Assembly: GCA_944388385.1 (NCBI GenBank)
Contig: CALXIO010000004.1
Location: 20,226-84,225 of the forward strand
DNA length: 64,000 nt
Reading direction: 5' to 3'
Origin: an uncultured Ruminiclostridium sp.
GTDB taxonomy: Bacteria > Bacillota > Clostridia > Oscillospirales > Ruminococcaceae
Each line of letters opens with the position of its first letter. The first letter of the stretch is position 1. Under the pieces are notes generated by a model. The model was not told the DNA's origin. It saw only the letters and a program-made list of their open reading frames with translations, and did no database searches. The position numbers and the translations under genes are program-made. Positions 43,890 to 54,182 of this stretch are shown piece by piece.

Positions 43890-44876
43890 TTAATACTCGC
43901 TGACAACAGATAGCTTGTTGTCCTTGCTTACAAAAACTATATTTCCGTTAAAGGCGGTGACATAGGTATCTATGCCAAAGCCTCTGTATAATGCCATTAT
44001 TTCCTTGTGGGGGTGGTCATAGTCATTTCCCTCACCGCAACATATAACGCTGTAATCAGGCATTACCTCGTATAAAAAATCCTCTGTACTTGAGGTGTCG
44101 CTTCCGTGGTGGGGTACTTTTATAACATTCGCCCTTATATCCTTGCCGGCACGGATTATATCCTCCTCAGCAGCCTTTTCTATATCCCCGGTAAATAAAA
44201 AGCTATGTACGCCGTTTTTTATCCTGCAAACTATGGAATAATTATTTATTTCCTCATAGTCATTTACAGGGGCGATAATATCAATAGTATAGCTGTCCTT
44301 TACCTTAATCTCGTCTGTGGTATAAACAAGCCTTATGGGGATGTTTTTTCTTTCTGCGGTTTTAAGAAGATTGGTATATGAAAATGTGGTTACTGTCATA
44401 TTTCCTGGGATATCCGGCATTATTATACAGTCTGTTGTGAAAAAATCCAGCAGCTTTGCCATTCCCCCTATATGGTCGGAATGGGGGTGGGTGCATATAA
44501 GGTAATCAAGGTGAGTTATTCCCATGCTCATAAGATACTTATACACATCCGGCATTTTACTTTTTTCGCCGCAGTCTATAAGTACCGCTGTATCCTCTGT
44601 TAATATAAGAGAACAATCCCCCTGCCCCACATCTATAAAATGCACCTGCATTTCATCCCCCACAGGAAAGTCTACAAGCGGGGTGGGCTTACCACCCAGG
44701 CTATCTAAGGTGGCAAGTCCCTCTATTTTAAAATATTGCTCATTAAGATAGAGAAAAAGCGTTGCTAACAGGGTTAATATAACCCCTACTATAATTTCGC
44801 TGTGCTTTTTAAGTTCTCTTTCTACCCTTGCCCTTCTTGCCTGAAGAGCCCTTTGTCTGAGTCGGTCTTCTGCCAT
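43890..44876 (-). CDS. Membrane-anchored MBL-fold metallohydrolase (ComEC C-terminal-domain-like)
   Basis: N-terminal TM anchor, then HFIDVGQGDCSLI, THPHSDHIGG and VPHHGS motifs. Confidence 0.8.
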   Translation of the reverse strand: MAEDRLRQRALQARRARVERELKKHSEIIVGVILTLLATLFLYLNEQYFKIEGLATLDSLGGKPTPLVDFPVGDEMQVHFIDVGQGDCSLILTEDTAVLIDCGEKSKMPDVYKYLMSMGITHLDYLICTHPHSDHIGGMAKLLDFFTTDCIIMPDIPGNMTVTTFSYTNLLKTAERKNIPIRLVYTTDEIKVKDSYTIDIIAPVNDYEEINNYSIVCRIKNGVHSFLFTGDIEKAAEEDIIRAGKDIRANVIKVPHHGSDTSSTEDFLYEVMPDYSVICCGEGNDYDHPHKEIMALYRGFGIDTYVTAFNGNIVFVSKDNKLSVVSEY

Positions 44877-46698
44877 TGTTCTTTACCCTTTTATCCTTAT
44901 CGGTAGTTAAATTAAGTCCCTCGGGAGTTATAAGACAATCAGGGCCGTGGCCTATAAGGTCACGCCTGCCTGCTCTTATAAGCGCCCTTGCAACTATCTG
45001 CTTGTTTTCCTTTTTGAAATACTGAAGTAAGGCTCTCTGCATTTCCTTTTCGGCAGGACTGCGGGGAACATAAACCTCCTTCATTGTATAAGGGTCAAGT
45101 CCTGTATAATACATGGCTGTGGAGATAGTGCCGGGGGTGGGATAAAAGTCCTGTACCTGCTCAGGGCGGATATTGTGCTTTTTAAGGAATACCGCTAAGT
45201 CCACCGCTTCCTTTATGGTACAGCCCGGGTGGGAGGACATAAGGTAAGGCACTAAATACTGCTCCTTGCCGCATTGTTTTGTGTATTTGTAGAATTTCTT
45301 TTCAAATTCCTCATAAACCTCAATATGGGGCTTTCCCATAAGATCAAGCACCTTGTTGCTTGCGTGCTCCGGGGCAACTTTAAGTTGACCGCTGACATGA
45401 TGCTCAACCAGTTCCTTAAAGAAGGTGTCGTCCTTATCCTGCATCATATAGTCATATCTTATACCGGAACGGATAAATACCTTTTTAACCTTTTTAAGGC
45501 TTCTTATTTTACGCAGAAGCTGTAAATATTCGCTGTGATCCGGCTTTAAGGCAGGACAGGGGGTTGGAGCAAGGCATTTTTTACCCTTGCAAAGTCCGTG
45601 CTCAAGCTGTTTATCACAGGAGGTTCTGCGGAAGTTTGCGGTGGGACCTCCTATATCATGGATATAGCCCTTGAAGTTAGGCTTGTTGGTAAGGTCAATG
45701 GCCTCATTTATTACCGACTGCTGGCTTCTTGTCTGAATTCTTCTGCCCTGGTGTAAGGCAATAGAGCAGAAATTACAATATCCGAAACAGCCTCTGTTGT
45801 GGGTTATGGAAAACTCCACCTCCTGTATGCCCGGCACTCCGCCCCCCTTTTCATAACAGGGGTGATATGCCTTCATATATGGAAGCTCATAGGCCTTGTC
45901 AAATTCACTTTGGGTAAGGCTTCTCTGAGGGGGATTTTGTACCAGCATCATGTTTCCGTGACGCTGTATTATAGTCCTTCCGTATACCTCATCCTGCTCA
46001 TCATACTGCTGTCGGCAGGATTTTGCATAAGCCTTTTTATTTTCGCTTACTATTTCAAAGCTGTCACATTGTACCGCCCCTAAGGGGGTGTTTTCCGGTT
46101 TTGTAAGATAGCAAGTGCCTCTTATATCGTGGATTTCGGATAACTGCCTTCCGGACTTTAATTCATTGTAAAGCTGTACTATTGTAAGCTCACCCATGCC
46201 GTACATCAAAAGCTCTGCCTTGCTGTCCACAAGTACAGAGGGCATAACCTTATCCGCCCAGTAGTCATAATGGGCAAAACGGCGAAGGCTGGCTTCAAGG
46301 CCGCCTATGGCTATCTGCTTATGGGGGAAAAGCCTTTTCAGGTTATTGCAGTAAACAGTAACCGCCCTGTCGGGTCTTTTACCGCCCCTGCCCCCTTCTG
46401 AGTAGGCATCATCCCATCTTTTCTTTTTAAATACGGTGTAGTTTGATACCATGCTGTCTATATTACCGCCGGTAACTAAAAAGCAATAGTTAGGCTCACC
46501 CAGTTTTTTATAATCCTCGTCGGTTACCGGCTGGGCTATAATTCCCACGGTAGCCCCACAGCTTTCAAGCATACGGGATATAATTGCTATACCAAATGAG
46601 GGATGATCCACATAGGCATCCCCGGTGATACAGATAAAGTCAAGGGAGTCTATTCCCCTTTCCTTCATATCAGCCCTTGAAATAGATAAAAACGGCAT
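44809..46698 (-). CDS. ygiQ: YgiQ-family (UPF0313) radical SAM protein
   Basis: FICITGDAYVDHPSFG N-terminus, radical SAM motif CFGYCNFC, Lys/Arg-rich tail. I prefer ATG 46698. Confidence 0.88.
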   Translation of the reverse strand: MPFLSISRADMKERGIDSLDFICITGDAYVDHPSFGIAIISRMLESCGATVGIIAQPVTDEDYKKLGEPNYCFLVTGGNIDSMVSNYTVFKKKRWDDAYSEGGRGGKRPDRAVTVYCNNLKRLFPHKQIAIGGLEASLRRFAHYDYWADKVMPSVLVDSKAELLMYGMGELTIVQLYNELKSGRQLSEIHDIRGTCYLTKPENTPLGAVQCDSFEIVSENKKAYAKSCRQQYDEQDEVYGRTIIQRHGNMMLVQNPPQRSLTQSEFDKAYELPYMKAYHPCYEKGGGVPGIQEVEFSITHNRGCFGYCNFCSIALHQGRRIQTRSQQSVINEAIDLTNKPNFKGYIHDIGGPTANFRRTSCDKQLEHGLCKGKKCLAPTPCPALKPDHSEYLQLLRKIRSLKKVKKVFIRSGIRYDYMMQDKDDTFFKELVEHHVSGQLKVAPEHASNKVLDLMGKPHIEVYEEFEKKFYKYTKQCGKEQYLVPYLMSSHPGCTIKEAVDLAVFLKKHNIRPEQVQDFYPTPGTISTAMYYTGLDPYTMKEVYVPRSPAEKEMQRALLQYFKKENKQIVARALIRAGRRDLIGHGPDCLITPEGLNLTTDKDKRVKNNGRRPTQTKGSSGKKGKGRKRT

Positions 46699-46752
46699 AA
46701 GATTTCCTTTCAATTATAAAAGGCGGAGGGCATACCTACCGCCTTTTAAGCG

Positions 46753-49512
46753 TTATTCCTTATTATTCATCTGTCTTTCATAATACTGTTCTCTGGTCAT
46801 AAGCACCTGTCTTGGCTTACTTCCTTCTGAAGGACCTACAACACCCATTTCCTCCATAATGTCAATAAGCCTTGCGGCACGACCGTAGCCCAGCTTTAAA
46901 CGGCGCTGTAATGCACTGGTGCTGGCTTGTCCGGCTTCAACCACTATGCGGATTGCCTCCTCCAGCTTTTCGTCATTAACATCAATATCGCCGCTTTCAA
47001 CGGCATCACCGCCGGATTTCTTGTCATTAGTACCCACCTTAGCGGCGTGCTGGTCAATTTCCCTGATAACCTCCTCGTCATAGTCAAGTACAAAGGAGTT
47101 CTTGATAAAGGTGACTACCCTGTCGATTTCCCTATCGGATATCCAGCAGCCCTGTATTCGGGCAGGCTTTGGCATGGCAGTTGAACGGAAAAGCATATCG
47201 CCCTTACCAAGGAGCTTTTCTGCGCCCTGCTCATCAATAATTGTACGGCTGTCAACACCGCTGCTTACCTTAAGGGCTATACGGCTTGGAATATTGGCCT
47301 TAATAAGACCGGTTACAACATCCACCGTGGGTCGCTGAGTTGCAATTACAAGGTGCATACCTGCCGCACGAGCCATTTGCGCTAAACGGCATATACTGTC
47401 CTCAACCTCGTTTTTGGATGCCATAATAAGATCCGCAAGCTCATCTATAAAGATAACTATCTGAGGCAGCTTTTTCAGTTCCTCGTTTTTCTCGGCTATT
47501 GCGTTATAGCCTGCAAGATTACGGACATTATGCTCAGAAAAGAGATTGTATCTTTTAAGCATTTCCCCTACCGCCCAGGCAAGAGCACCTGCCGCCTTTT
47601 TAGGGTCGGTGACTACCGGTATAAGAAGGTGGGGTATGCCGTTATAGATCATAAATTCAACCGCCTTGGGGTCGATCATTATAAATCTTACCTCTTCGGG
47701 GGTAGAACGGAAAAGTATTGACATGATAATTGAGTTTACGCATACCGACTTACCGGAACCTGTGGTACCGGCTACAAGTAAATGGGGCATCTGGGCAATA
47801 TCAGCTATCATAATTTCGCCGGAAATATCCTTACCTAAAACAGCCGCTAACTTACTCTTGTTATCAACTATGGCAGGACTTTCAATAAGCTCTCTGAAGG
47901 GTACTGAATCCACCTTTTTATTAGGAACTTCAATACCTACCGCAGGCTTTCCGGGGATTGGTGCTTCTATACGAATACCGGATGCGGCTAAGTTAAGGGC
48001 AATATCATCTGCAAGGCCGGTTATCTTTGAGATTTTTACACCCGCCGCCGGCTGTAATTCGTATCTTGTAACAGAAGGTCCGCGGCATACGCCTACTATC
48101 TTTGTCTGTACACCAAAGGAGCTTAAAGCATCTACTATTGTTCTTGCGTTTTGTTCAAGCTCGGCTCTGGCATCAACTTCATTTTTGGATAATACTATAT
48201 CATCAAGAAGTGTGGTCGGGGGGAGAACATACTGCTCATCATCCTCAGCCACTTCCTCTTCATTGTAATCAGGTGCAGGGGGAGGTGTGATCTCATTTTC
48301 CTGTACAGGGTCAAAGTCTTCCTTTGCGGTTTCCTCCACATACATACTTACTGCCGCCTTTATGGGGTCAACCGGCTCAGGGGGATAATCAGGCACGGGA
48401 GGTAATTCATCATCGGGTAATGTGGTAACTCCGCCAAGCTCAATTTCGCTTTTACTTACCGATACCGTAACCTCAGGTAAAACCTCAGCAGAGGTGTGAA
48501 TATTATCCTCAGGCACTATTTCGGGGAGCTTACCGTTACCGGTGGAAACCGGAGTATCATCCTCATCATATAAAGGATCGGTATTTTTATCCACAGGCTT
48601 GTCATTGTAATTATTCAGCTTGTTTATAAATATATTGCTGTCATCGTCAGCCTTTTTCATGGCCTCCTTGCTGTCTCTGTCAAGGTCAGGCTTTCTTGCG
48701 GTTTTTCCTGCGGCCTCAAGCTCACGCATCTTCTGAAGCCTTCTTTCACGCTCCTCAAACTCAGCACGCTCACGCTCACGCTTTTCAAGTCGCATAAGCT
48801 CCAACTCTTCCTTGCGTATCTCGTGCTTTTCCTTTGCTGTATCAGCCACCTTCTGAACAGGCTTTTTAACTGCGGTTAAAAAGTCCATAAGGGTCTTTCT
48901 GCTGATAAACATAACAAACACAAATATAATAAGGATAATTATAACAATAGCTCCCACATGGCCGAAAAGTAAAAGTAAAAATGCAGGAAGGCCGCCTATA
49001 ACACCGCCGCCCATCAGCTTCATGCCCTCGGTATAAAGTGTGGCTATTGCTCCGAAGAAATCATCCCCGGGATGTCCTACTCTGCCCACAAAGATTATCT
49101 GTATTGCGGCACTTAATAAGATAATTCCCAGTATTATCTGAAATACCTTTACCGCTATACCGGTACGGCTTTTTTCTGCGGCAATAAGCACAGCAACATA
49201 TATAACAATAGGGCCTGTAAAGAATACAGAAAATCCGAATACACCGCATAAGAACTGATATATGTAGTCAAGCAGATTATATTCGGTTATACCCATAATG
49301 GCTCTTATAAGTCCGATTATTACAAAGAGCAAAAGAAGTACACCTACAGCAAAAAGCACTATGGATATTTTTATACTGCGCTGTTTAGCCTGTTGCTTTA
49401 ACTCCTCCTTGCGCTTTTCCACAAGGGATGAATTTTTAGCTTTAGAGGAGCTTCCTGAGGAGCTTCTTGATGAGGTAGATTTTGTTGAACTTCCTGTCTT
49501 TTTTGTAGCCAT
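46753..49512 (-). CDS. ftsK: DNA translocase FtsK/SpoIIIE
   Basis: N-terminal TM segments, acidic/Pro linker, motor domain with GTTGSGKS Walker A, and a C-terminal gamma wHTH ([28 protein letters not shown]). Confidence 0.95.
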   Translation of the reverse strand: MATKKTGSSTKSTSSRSSSGSSSKAKNSSLVEKRKEELKQQAKQRSIKISIVLFAVGVLLLLFVIIGLIRAIMGITEYNLLDYIYQFLCGVFGFSVFFTGPIVIYVAVLIAAEKSRTGIAVKVFQIILGIILLSAAIQIIFVGRVGHPGDDFFGAIATLYTEGMKLMGGGVIGGLPAFLLLLFGHVGAIVIIILIIFVFVMFISRKTLMDFLTAVKKPVQKVADTAKEKHEIRKEELELMRLEKRERERAEFEERERRLQKMRELEAAGKTARKPDLDRDSKEAMKKADDDSNIFINKLNNYNDKPVDKNTDPLYDEDDTPVSTGNGKLPEIVPEDNIHTSAEVLPEVTVSVSKSEIELGGVTTLPDDELPPVPDYPPEPVDPIKAAVSMYVEETAKEDFDPVQENEITPPPAPDYNEEEVAEDDEQYVLPPTTLLDDIVLSKNEVDARAELEQNARTIVDALSSFGVQTKIVGVCRGPSVTRYELQPAAGVKISKITGLADDIALNLAASGIRIEAPIPGKPAVGIEVPNKKVDSVPFRELIESPAIVDNKSKLAAVLGKDISGEIMIADIAQMPHLLVAGTTGSGKSVCVNSIIMSILFRSTPEEVRFIMIDPKAVEFMIYNGIPHLLIPVVTDPKKAAGALAWAVGEMLKRYNLFSEHNVRNLAGYNAIAEKNEELKKLPQIVIFIDELADLIMASKNEVEDSICRLAQMARAAGMHLVIATQRPTVDVVTGLIKANIPSRIALKVSSGVDSRTIIDEQGAEKLLGKGDMLFRSTAMPKPARIQGCWISDREIDRVVTFIKNSFVLDYDEEVIREIDQHAAKVGTNDKKSGGDAVESGDIDVNDEKLEEAIRIVVEAGQASTSALQRRLKLGYGRAARLIDIMEEMGVVGPSEGSKPRQVLMTREQYYERQMNNKE

Positions 49513-49535
49513 TTATTTTTTCCCCTCCTTATTTA

Positions 49536-50399
49536 TCACATAAGAATTACTATGTGACTTCCGGTTACAAGCTCATATACACCAAGGGCAATACAAGCAA
49601 GACCTAAGATGAAAGTATATATTCCGAAAACCTTGAATTTATCCTTTTTAATAAGCCACTTTACAAGGGCTATTGATAAAAGTCCCACAACAGCAGATAC
49701 CACAAAGCCTATTCCAAGGCCTACCCAGTCAAGCTGAATATCGCTGCTTATAGCACTGCCAAGCTCCAGCACGCTGCCGCCGAGTATGGCAGGAATACCT
49801 AAGATAAATGCAAAGGTAACAGCGGTTTCCTTGGTAAGTCCGCAAAACAGTCCTGCGGCGGTGGTTGAGCCTGAACGGGACACACCCGGGAATAATGCAA
49901 CACATTGCATGGCACCTACCGCAATAGCGTCGGTGACTGTCATTTTATCTCCGGTTTTGTTTCCCTTTATTACCTTGTCGGACATAAAGAGTAAAACAGC
50001 GGTGAAGATAAATGCCGCACCCTCAAAGATAATATCGTTATCCCCTTCAAAGCTTGTAAAGAAATCCTTGAAGAAATATATCGGCACTAAAAGAAGGGTG
50101 GCTATTATCACCATGAACATCATTCTTCTGTTGGCGTTCATTTCCTTCCAGGAGAATTTTCCGGTGAAAATATCCCTTATGGTAAGGAAAAATTCCTTTA
50201 TCACGCCCCAGATAGTTGGGAAAAAGGCAATAAATACCGCCACAAGAGTACCTAAGTGAAGCACTATTGAGGTAATAAGACTTTCCTCACCCACATTTAA
50301 AAAGTGCTGTACCACAGATAAGTGACCGCTGCTGGATACAGGGAGAAATTCGGTAAGACCCTGAATAATTCCCTGAATTATAACTGATAAATAATCCAT
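49536..50399 (-). CDS. uppP: Undecaprenyl-diphosphate phosphatase
   Basis: EFLPVSSSGH and PGVSRSG signature motifs. Confidence 0.93.
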   Translation of the reverse strand: MDYLSVIIQGIIQGLTEFLPVSSSGHLSVVQHFLNVGEESLITSIVLHLGTLVAVFIAFFPTIWGVIKEFFLTIRDIFTGKFSWKEMNANRRMMFMVIIATLLLVPIYFFKDFFTSFEGDNDIIFEGAAFIFTAVLLFMSDKVIKGNKTGDKMTVTDAIAVGAMQCVALFPGVSRSGSTTAAGLFCGLTKETAVTFAFILGIPAILGGSVLELGSAISSDIQLDWVGLGIGFVVSAVVGLLSIALVKWLIKKDKFKVFGIYTFILGLACIALGVYELVTGSHIVILM

Positions 50400-50453
50400 T
50401 TATGTACCTCTATTCTTTTTTATTTACTCTATTATATGTACGGGCATACGCCC

Positions 50454-50624
50454 TTATTTTAAAATATTGCTTTTTATATAATCCCGGGGATTTGTGGAAA
50501 ATAATGCTACCGGCTTATTGTCCCGGTAGGTTATAACCCTGTCCCCTGCCCTTTTATAGCTTATTTTCTGATTTTCCTTTGTCCTTAGTATATCATCTAT
50601 TGAAATAATGGAATGAATAATCAT
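50454..50624 (-). CDS. ylzJ: YlzJ-like small protein (56 aa, not in the ORF track)
   Basis: The ATG overlaps the tepA stop (ATGA). Sequence: [56 protein letters not shown]. Its position after tepA matches B. subtilis. Confidence 0.6.
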   Translation of the reverse strand: MIIHSIISIDDILRTKENQKISYKRAGDRVITYRDNKPVALFSTNPRDYIKSNILK

Positions 50625-51463
50625 AGCCTGCCCTCCATATTTCCCGGTTTATACTGCCTCATTATATGAACTGTGGCAGTAGCATGGGAGGGGGATTTAT
50701 CAGAGGAGGGCTTTGCCCCGGATTTTCTGCCGGTGGTTTTTCGGGCTTGCTTTTTTCCCTGTGATATGGGGGTATTTTTCCTTTCAATCATATCATAAAG
50801 GCAGGAGACCGCATCACTAAGACTGCCAAGGCTGTCTATAAGTCCTTCCTTTACTGCGGTTTTTCCGTCAAGAACAGAGCCCACATCAAGCACAAGCTCA
50901 TTCTTTTCCATCATAAGCTCACGAAAACGCTCCGGGCTCATACCGCTGTGTTTGCATACAAAGGAGGTAATTCTTTCCTGCATACGCTCAAAATAAGAAA
51001 GCGTCTGAGGAATACCCAGCATAAGACCGTTCATTCTTACAGGGTGGATAGTCATGGTGGCTGAGGGAACTATAAAGCTTTTATCCGCACTTACGGCAAG
51101 GGGAACCCCTATTGAATGTCCGCCCCCTACCACAATGGATACGGTGGGCTTTGACATACCGGAAATAAGCTCGGATATGGCAAGTCCTGCCTCCACATCT
51201 CCACCGACGGTATTAAGAATAATAAGAAGCCCCTCTATTTCCCTGTCCTCCTCAATAGCAACAAGGGCAGGTAAAACGTGCTCATACTTTGTGGTCTTGT
51301 TCTGGGAAGGGAGAATATAATGCCCCTCGATCTGACCGATGATATTAAGACAATGTATATTGTGCTTTGCGTTCACTGAGGCATAAACACCGTTGTCACA
51401 GGTGGTGTTCTGTATATTTTCGGTGCTTTCTTCTACGTTTATTTCCGGTAATTCTTCCTGCAT
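50621..51463 (-). CDS. tepA: ClpP-fold protein TepA (translocation-enhancing / sporulation protease-like)
   Basis: ClpP/crotonase-like core ([21 protein letters not shown]...[11 protein letters not shown]...MTIHPVR). ATG 51463 follows ACGGAGG. Confidence 0.8.
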   Translation of the reverse strand: MQEELPEINVEESTENIQNTTCDNGVYASVNAKHNIHCLNIIGQIEGHYILPSQNKTTKYEHVLPALVAIEEDREIEGLLIILNTVGGDVEAGLAISELISGMSKPTVSIVVGGGHSIGVPLAVSADKSFIVPSATMTIHPVRMNGLMLGIPQTLSYFERMQERITSFVCKHSGMSPERFRELMMEKNELVLDVGSVLDGKTAVKEGLIDSLGSLSDAVSCLYDMIERKNTPISQGKKQARKTTGRKSGAKPSSDKSPSHATATVHIMRQYKPGNMEGRL

Positions 51464-51628
51464 AATAAAACCTCCGTAAAATTTACTGAGGTTATTTTCT
51501 GCATAAATCTCCGGTTTATTCACACGCATAATAAAGCATTATAATTATACCACATAATTGAATATTTTGCAAGAATTTTAGGATAAATAAAAGTATATCG
51601 CGAAAATTTTCACGGTGACATTTTTTCA

Positions 51629-51657
51629 GTATAATCGACTAAATTTTTGCTATAATA
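51629..51657 (+). promoter_or_regulatory. Candidate forespore-type promoter of spoVT
   Basis: GTATA, 17 nt, (C)TATAATA. The -35 fits sigma F/G (GTATA) better than sigma A. B. subtilis spoVT is sigma-G dependent. Confidence 0.3.
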
Positions 51658-51711
51658 GTTTATGCAGGTATTTTTGCAATTTTACGAGAAAAGAAAGGAA
51701 AGGTATTATAT

Positions 51712-52257
51712 ATGAAGGCTACCGGTATAGTCAGACGCATTGACGATCTGGGACGTGTGGTTATTCCTAAGGAAATAAGACGCACTATGCGTATAAGGGA
51801 GGGCACTCCCCTGGAAATTTACACAAGCGTTGATGGTGAGGTTATTTTCAGGAAATATTCTCCTGTAGGGGAAATTTCCGGCACAGCCGATGAATATGCG
51901 GAGGTGCTTTATAAGGTGGGCGGTATGCCTACTGTAATCTGCGACAGGGATCATGTTGTGGCGGCAAGCGGTATTCAGAAAAAAGAGGTTCTTGAAAGAA
52001 GGGTGTCAGGCTCTCTTGAGGATCTTATCGAACAGAGAAAATCCCTTTATCATACTTCTGATGATAAGGAAAAATTAAACCCCATTGAGGGAATTGACCG
52101 CTTTGCAGTTGCCTGCGCCCCTATTTTAGCCCAAGGGGATGTGAACGGCGCTGTAATTATGCTGTCGGATAACGAAAATTCCGTGGCTACCGAAAAACAG
52201 CAGGCCTTAGTGGAGGCCGCCGCTATGTATTTCGGCAAGCAAATGGAGCAGGTATAA
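51712..52257 (+). CDS. spoVT: Stage V sporulation protein T (AbrB-type N-domain + GAF-like C-domain)
   Basis: MKATGIVRRIDDLGRVVIPKEIRRTMRIREGTPLEIY..., with a length of 181 aa. Confidence 0.92.
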   Translation: MKATGIVRRIDDLGRVVIPKEIRRTMRIREGTPLEIYTSVDGEVIFRKYSPVGEISGTADEYAEVLYKVGGMPTVICDRDHVVAASGIQKKEVLERRVSGSLEDLIEQRKSLYHTSDDKEKLNPIEGIDRFAVACAPILAQGDVNGAVIMLSDNENSVATEKQQALVEAAAMYFGKQMEQV

Positions 52258-52295
52258 GAAAAACCGCACAAGGCAAAATAGCTTTGTGCGGTTTA
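52255..52295. terminator. Bidirectional terminator between spoVT and the glycosyltransferase gene
   Basis: ACCGCACAA - loop - TTGTGCGGT, with a T-run on both strands. Confidence 0.7.
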
Positions 52296-52300
52296 TATTG

Positions 52301-53605
52301 TCACTTTTTTAATTTTTGAAGCATTTTATTTGCACGAAGTCGAGATAAAAGAACCAGCTTTCTTCCTTTACCCTTTCTGTGCTTGATAGCACGGTAACGC
52401 TTTTTAACACGCATAATATGCTTATCCTTCTTGTTGCCGTTTACAACGATTGCTTCCTTATATACTTCAAGAAGATCGTTTGCCAGTCTTACAGCGCCTG
52501 AATTTCTTATTGATTCCCTTGTCTGCTCACCAAAGGCCTTAAGCTCGTCCTTTGGCATATCACGCAGCTTTTTAAGAAGGAAATACATACTTTCCGCATC
52601 GGTGAAGTTATAGCCGTTTACTCCGTCAACTACCTGTCCCTCGTTAAGAATGTCCTTAAGGCTTAAAACAGGCAGGTGCATAGCCATACCCTCAAGCATT
52701 GATATTGAGCAGGTATCGGAAAGTGAGGCGGTGATATAAGCATCACAGGCGGCATAATAGGGCACTAAGTCATTATGCTCTACCCTGCCTGCAAAGGAAA
52801 CCATATCATCAATGCCTAACTCCTTAGCCTCATTACAATGCTGATTGTGTAAGGGTCCGTCACCGAGTATGAATAATTTCAGCTTATCGTCATGCTTTAC
52901 GCACTCTGCCCAGTATTGTAAAAGCAGGGTAACATTTTTCTCCTTGCCCAGTCTTCCGCAAAAGCAGAATACCATATCATCATCCTTAAAGCCTGCATTA
53001 CGCCTTATTTCCTTAGCCTTATTCATATCTGCATTTTCCGGCTTGAAGGTTTCAAGCTCAACGGAATTCGGGATAACATGAACCTTTTTCTTTACACCAC
53101 AGGCCTTGAAAAATTCTGCTACCTTTTCAGAGGGGCCTGTAATTGCCGATGCTGTGGCGGCTATCATTTTTGCATAAAAATGAGAAGCGGAGGTTACCAC
53201 CTTGCCAAAGGCATTGGTTTTAGCCACATAATAAATATAGTCATCATACATGGTGTGAAGGGTGTATACAAGGGGAATATTAAGCTGTCTTGCCATAAGT
53301 ATACCTGAAATTCCCACACCGAACTCATTATGGATATGTATAATATCCGGGTTAAAGCTCTTTATTCTTTCCAGGCGGTCTATACTTAAAGGGGATGCCA
53401 CATCATAGTTATATATTTTCTTAACCTTAACAGCAGGACAATACATAACACCGTCTGATATTACATGATTATTCACCCTTGAATCAGCAGTAACCACAAG
53501 AACGGTATGGCCCAAGGCTTCAAGCCCGTCCTTCAGGGTTTTAACATGGGTAACAACTCCGTTTATGGTAGGTAGGTAGGTTTCGGTAAAAAGTGCTATC
53601 TTCAT
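52301..53605 (-). CDS. GT4-family (GT-B fold) glycosyltransferase with a basic C-terminal tail
   Basis: MKIALFTETYLPTINGVVTHV N-terminus and a typical GT4 E-x7-E region (SISMLEGMAMHLPV). The last ~45 aa are Lys/Arg rich. Confidence 0.85.
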   Translation of the reverse strand: MKIALFTETYLPTINGVVTHVKTLKDGLEALGHTVLVVTADSRVNNHVISDGVMYCPAVKVKKIYNYDVASPLSIDRLERIKSFNPDIIHIHNEFGVGISGILMARQLNIPLVYTLHTMYDDYIYYVAKTNAFGKVVTSASHFYAKMIAATASAITGPSEKVAEFFKACGVKKKVHVIPNSVELETFKPENADMNKAKEIRRNAGFKDDDMVFCFCGRLGKEKNVTLLLQYWAECVKHDDKLKLFILGDGPLHNQHCNEAKELGIDDMVSFAGRVEHNDLVPYYAACDAYITASLSDTCSISMLEGMAMHLPVLSLKDILNEGQVVDGVNGYNFTDAESMYFLLKKLRDMPKDELKAFGEQTRESIRNSGAVRLANDLLEVYKEAIVVNGNKKDKHIMRVKKRYRAIKHRKGKGRKLVLLSRLRANKMLQKLKK

Positions 53606-53807
53606 AATATTTCCTTTCGGATATAAATATTTTATCGGATATGCAAAATAATTAAATTCTTAATAGTATTTTACACTATTTCACACAAAATAGCAAGTAA
53701 TTATTTAAAAATTTCAATGTGATTTCACATAAAAAGGAAAAATTTTGCCGAAATAAAGAAATAAAGGAATACAGCGTTAAAAAATTTCTTTAATTTTAAA
53801 AAAATCC

Positions 53808-53836
53808 TTGACAAACGGCAAAGATTAGTGTATAAT
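53808..53836 (+). promoter_or_regulatory. Strong sigma-A promoter of the tRNA-Leu/tRNA-Ser pair
   Basis: TTGACA, 17 nt, TATAAT, preceded by an A/T-rich UP-like tract. It shares the extended motif TTGACAAACGG with the promoter at 63958. Confidence 0.75.
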
Positions 53837-53861
53837 ATATCAAGGTTAATTCAAACAATAT

Positions 53862-53948
53862 GCCGCTGTGGTGGAATAGGCAGACACAAGGGACTTAAAA
53901 TCCCTCGGAGTAACATCCGTACCGGTTCAAGTCCGGTCAGCGGCACCA
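53862..53948 (+). tRNA. tRNA-Leu (anticodon UAA)
   Basis: Acceptor GCCGCTG / CAGCGGC, anticodon loop CUUAAAA, long variable arm, T loop GGTTCAAGTCC, encoded CCA. Confidence 0.9.
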
Positions 53949-53975
53949 AAATTTAATACAGTCTTAATTTACCAT

Positions 53976-54065
53976 GCAGAAATACCCAAGTGGTGAAGGG
54001 GCTCCCCTGCTAAGGGAGTAGGTCGGGAAACCGGCGCGAGGGTTCAAATCCCTCTTTCTGCGCCA
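53976..54065 (+). tRNA. tRNA-Ser (anticodon GCU)
   Basis: Acceptor GCAGAAA / TTTCTGC, anticodon stem CTCCC / GGGAG with loop CUGCUAA, long variable arm, T loop GGTTCAAATCC, encoded CCA. Confidence 0.9.
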
Positions 54066-54073
54066 GGAAAATA

Positions 54074-54106
54074 CCTCTTTTGTCAAAGGACAAGAGAGGT
54101 TTTTTC
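54074..54106 (+). terminator. Terminator of the tRNA pair
   Basis: CCTCTTTTGTC - loop - GACAAGAGAGG (one G-U pair) followed by TTTTTT. Confidence 0.75.
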
Positions 54107-54140
54107 TTTATATTAAAATAGGTTAAAATTTCATACAAAA

Positions 54141-54167
54141 TAAAAAAGGACAGCCTTCGCTGTCCTT
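54141..54167 (-). terminator. Terminator of rplA
   Basis: On the minus strand, AAGGACAGC - GAAG - GCTGTCCTT followed by TTTTTAT. Confidence 0.8.
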
Positions 54168-54182
54168 GTTTTATGTGATTTA

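Noticed and set aside
47666-48268. A 200-aa ORF antisense to ftsK. Similar antisense ORFs lie within hydG, secA, the GTPase gene and others.
   Set aside because: The reasoning is the same: each is embedded in a conserved gene on the opposite strand, with no independent signals.
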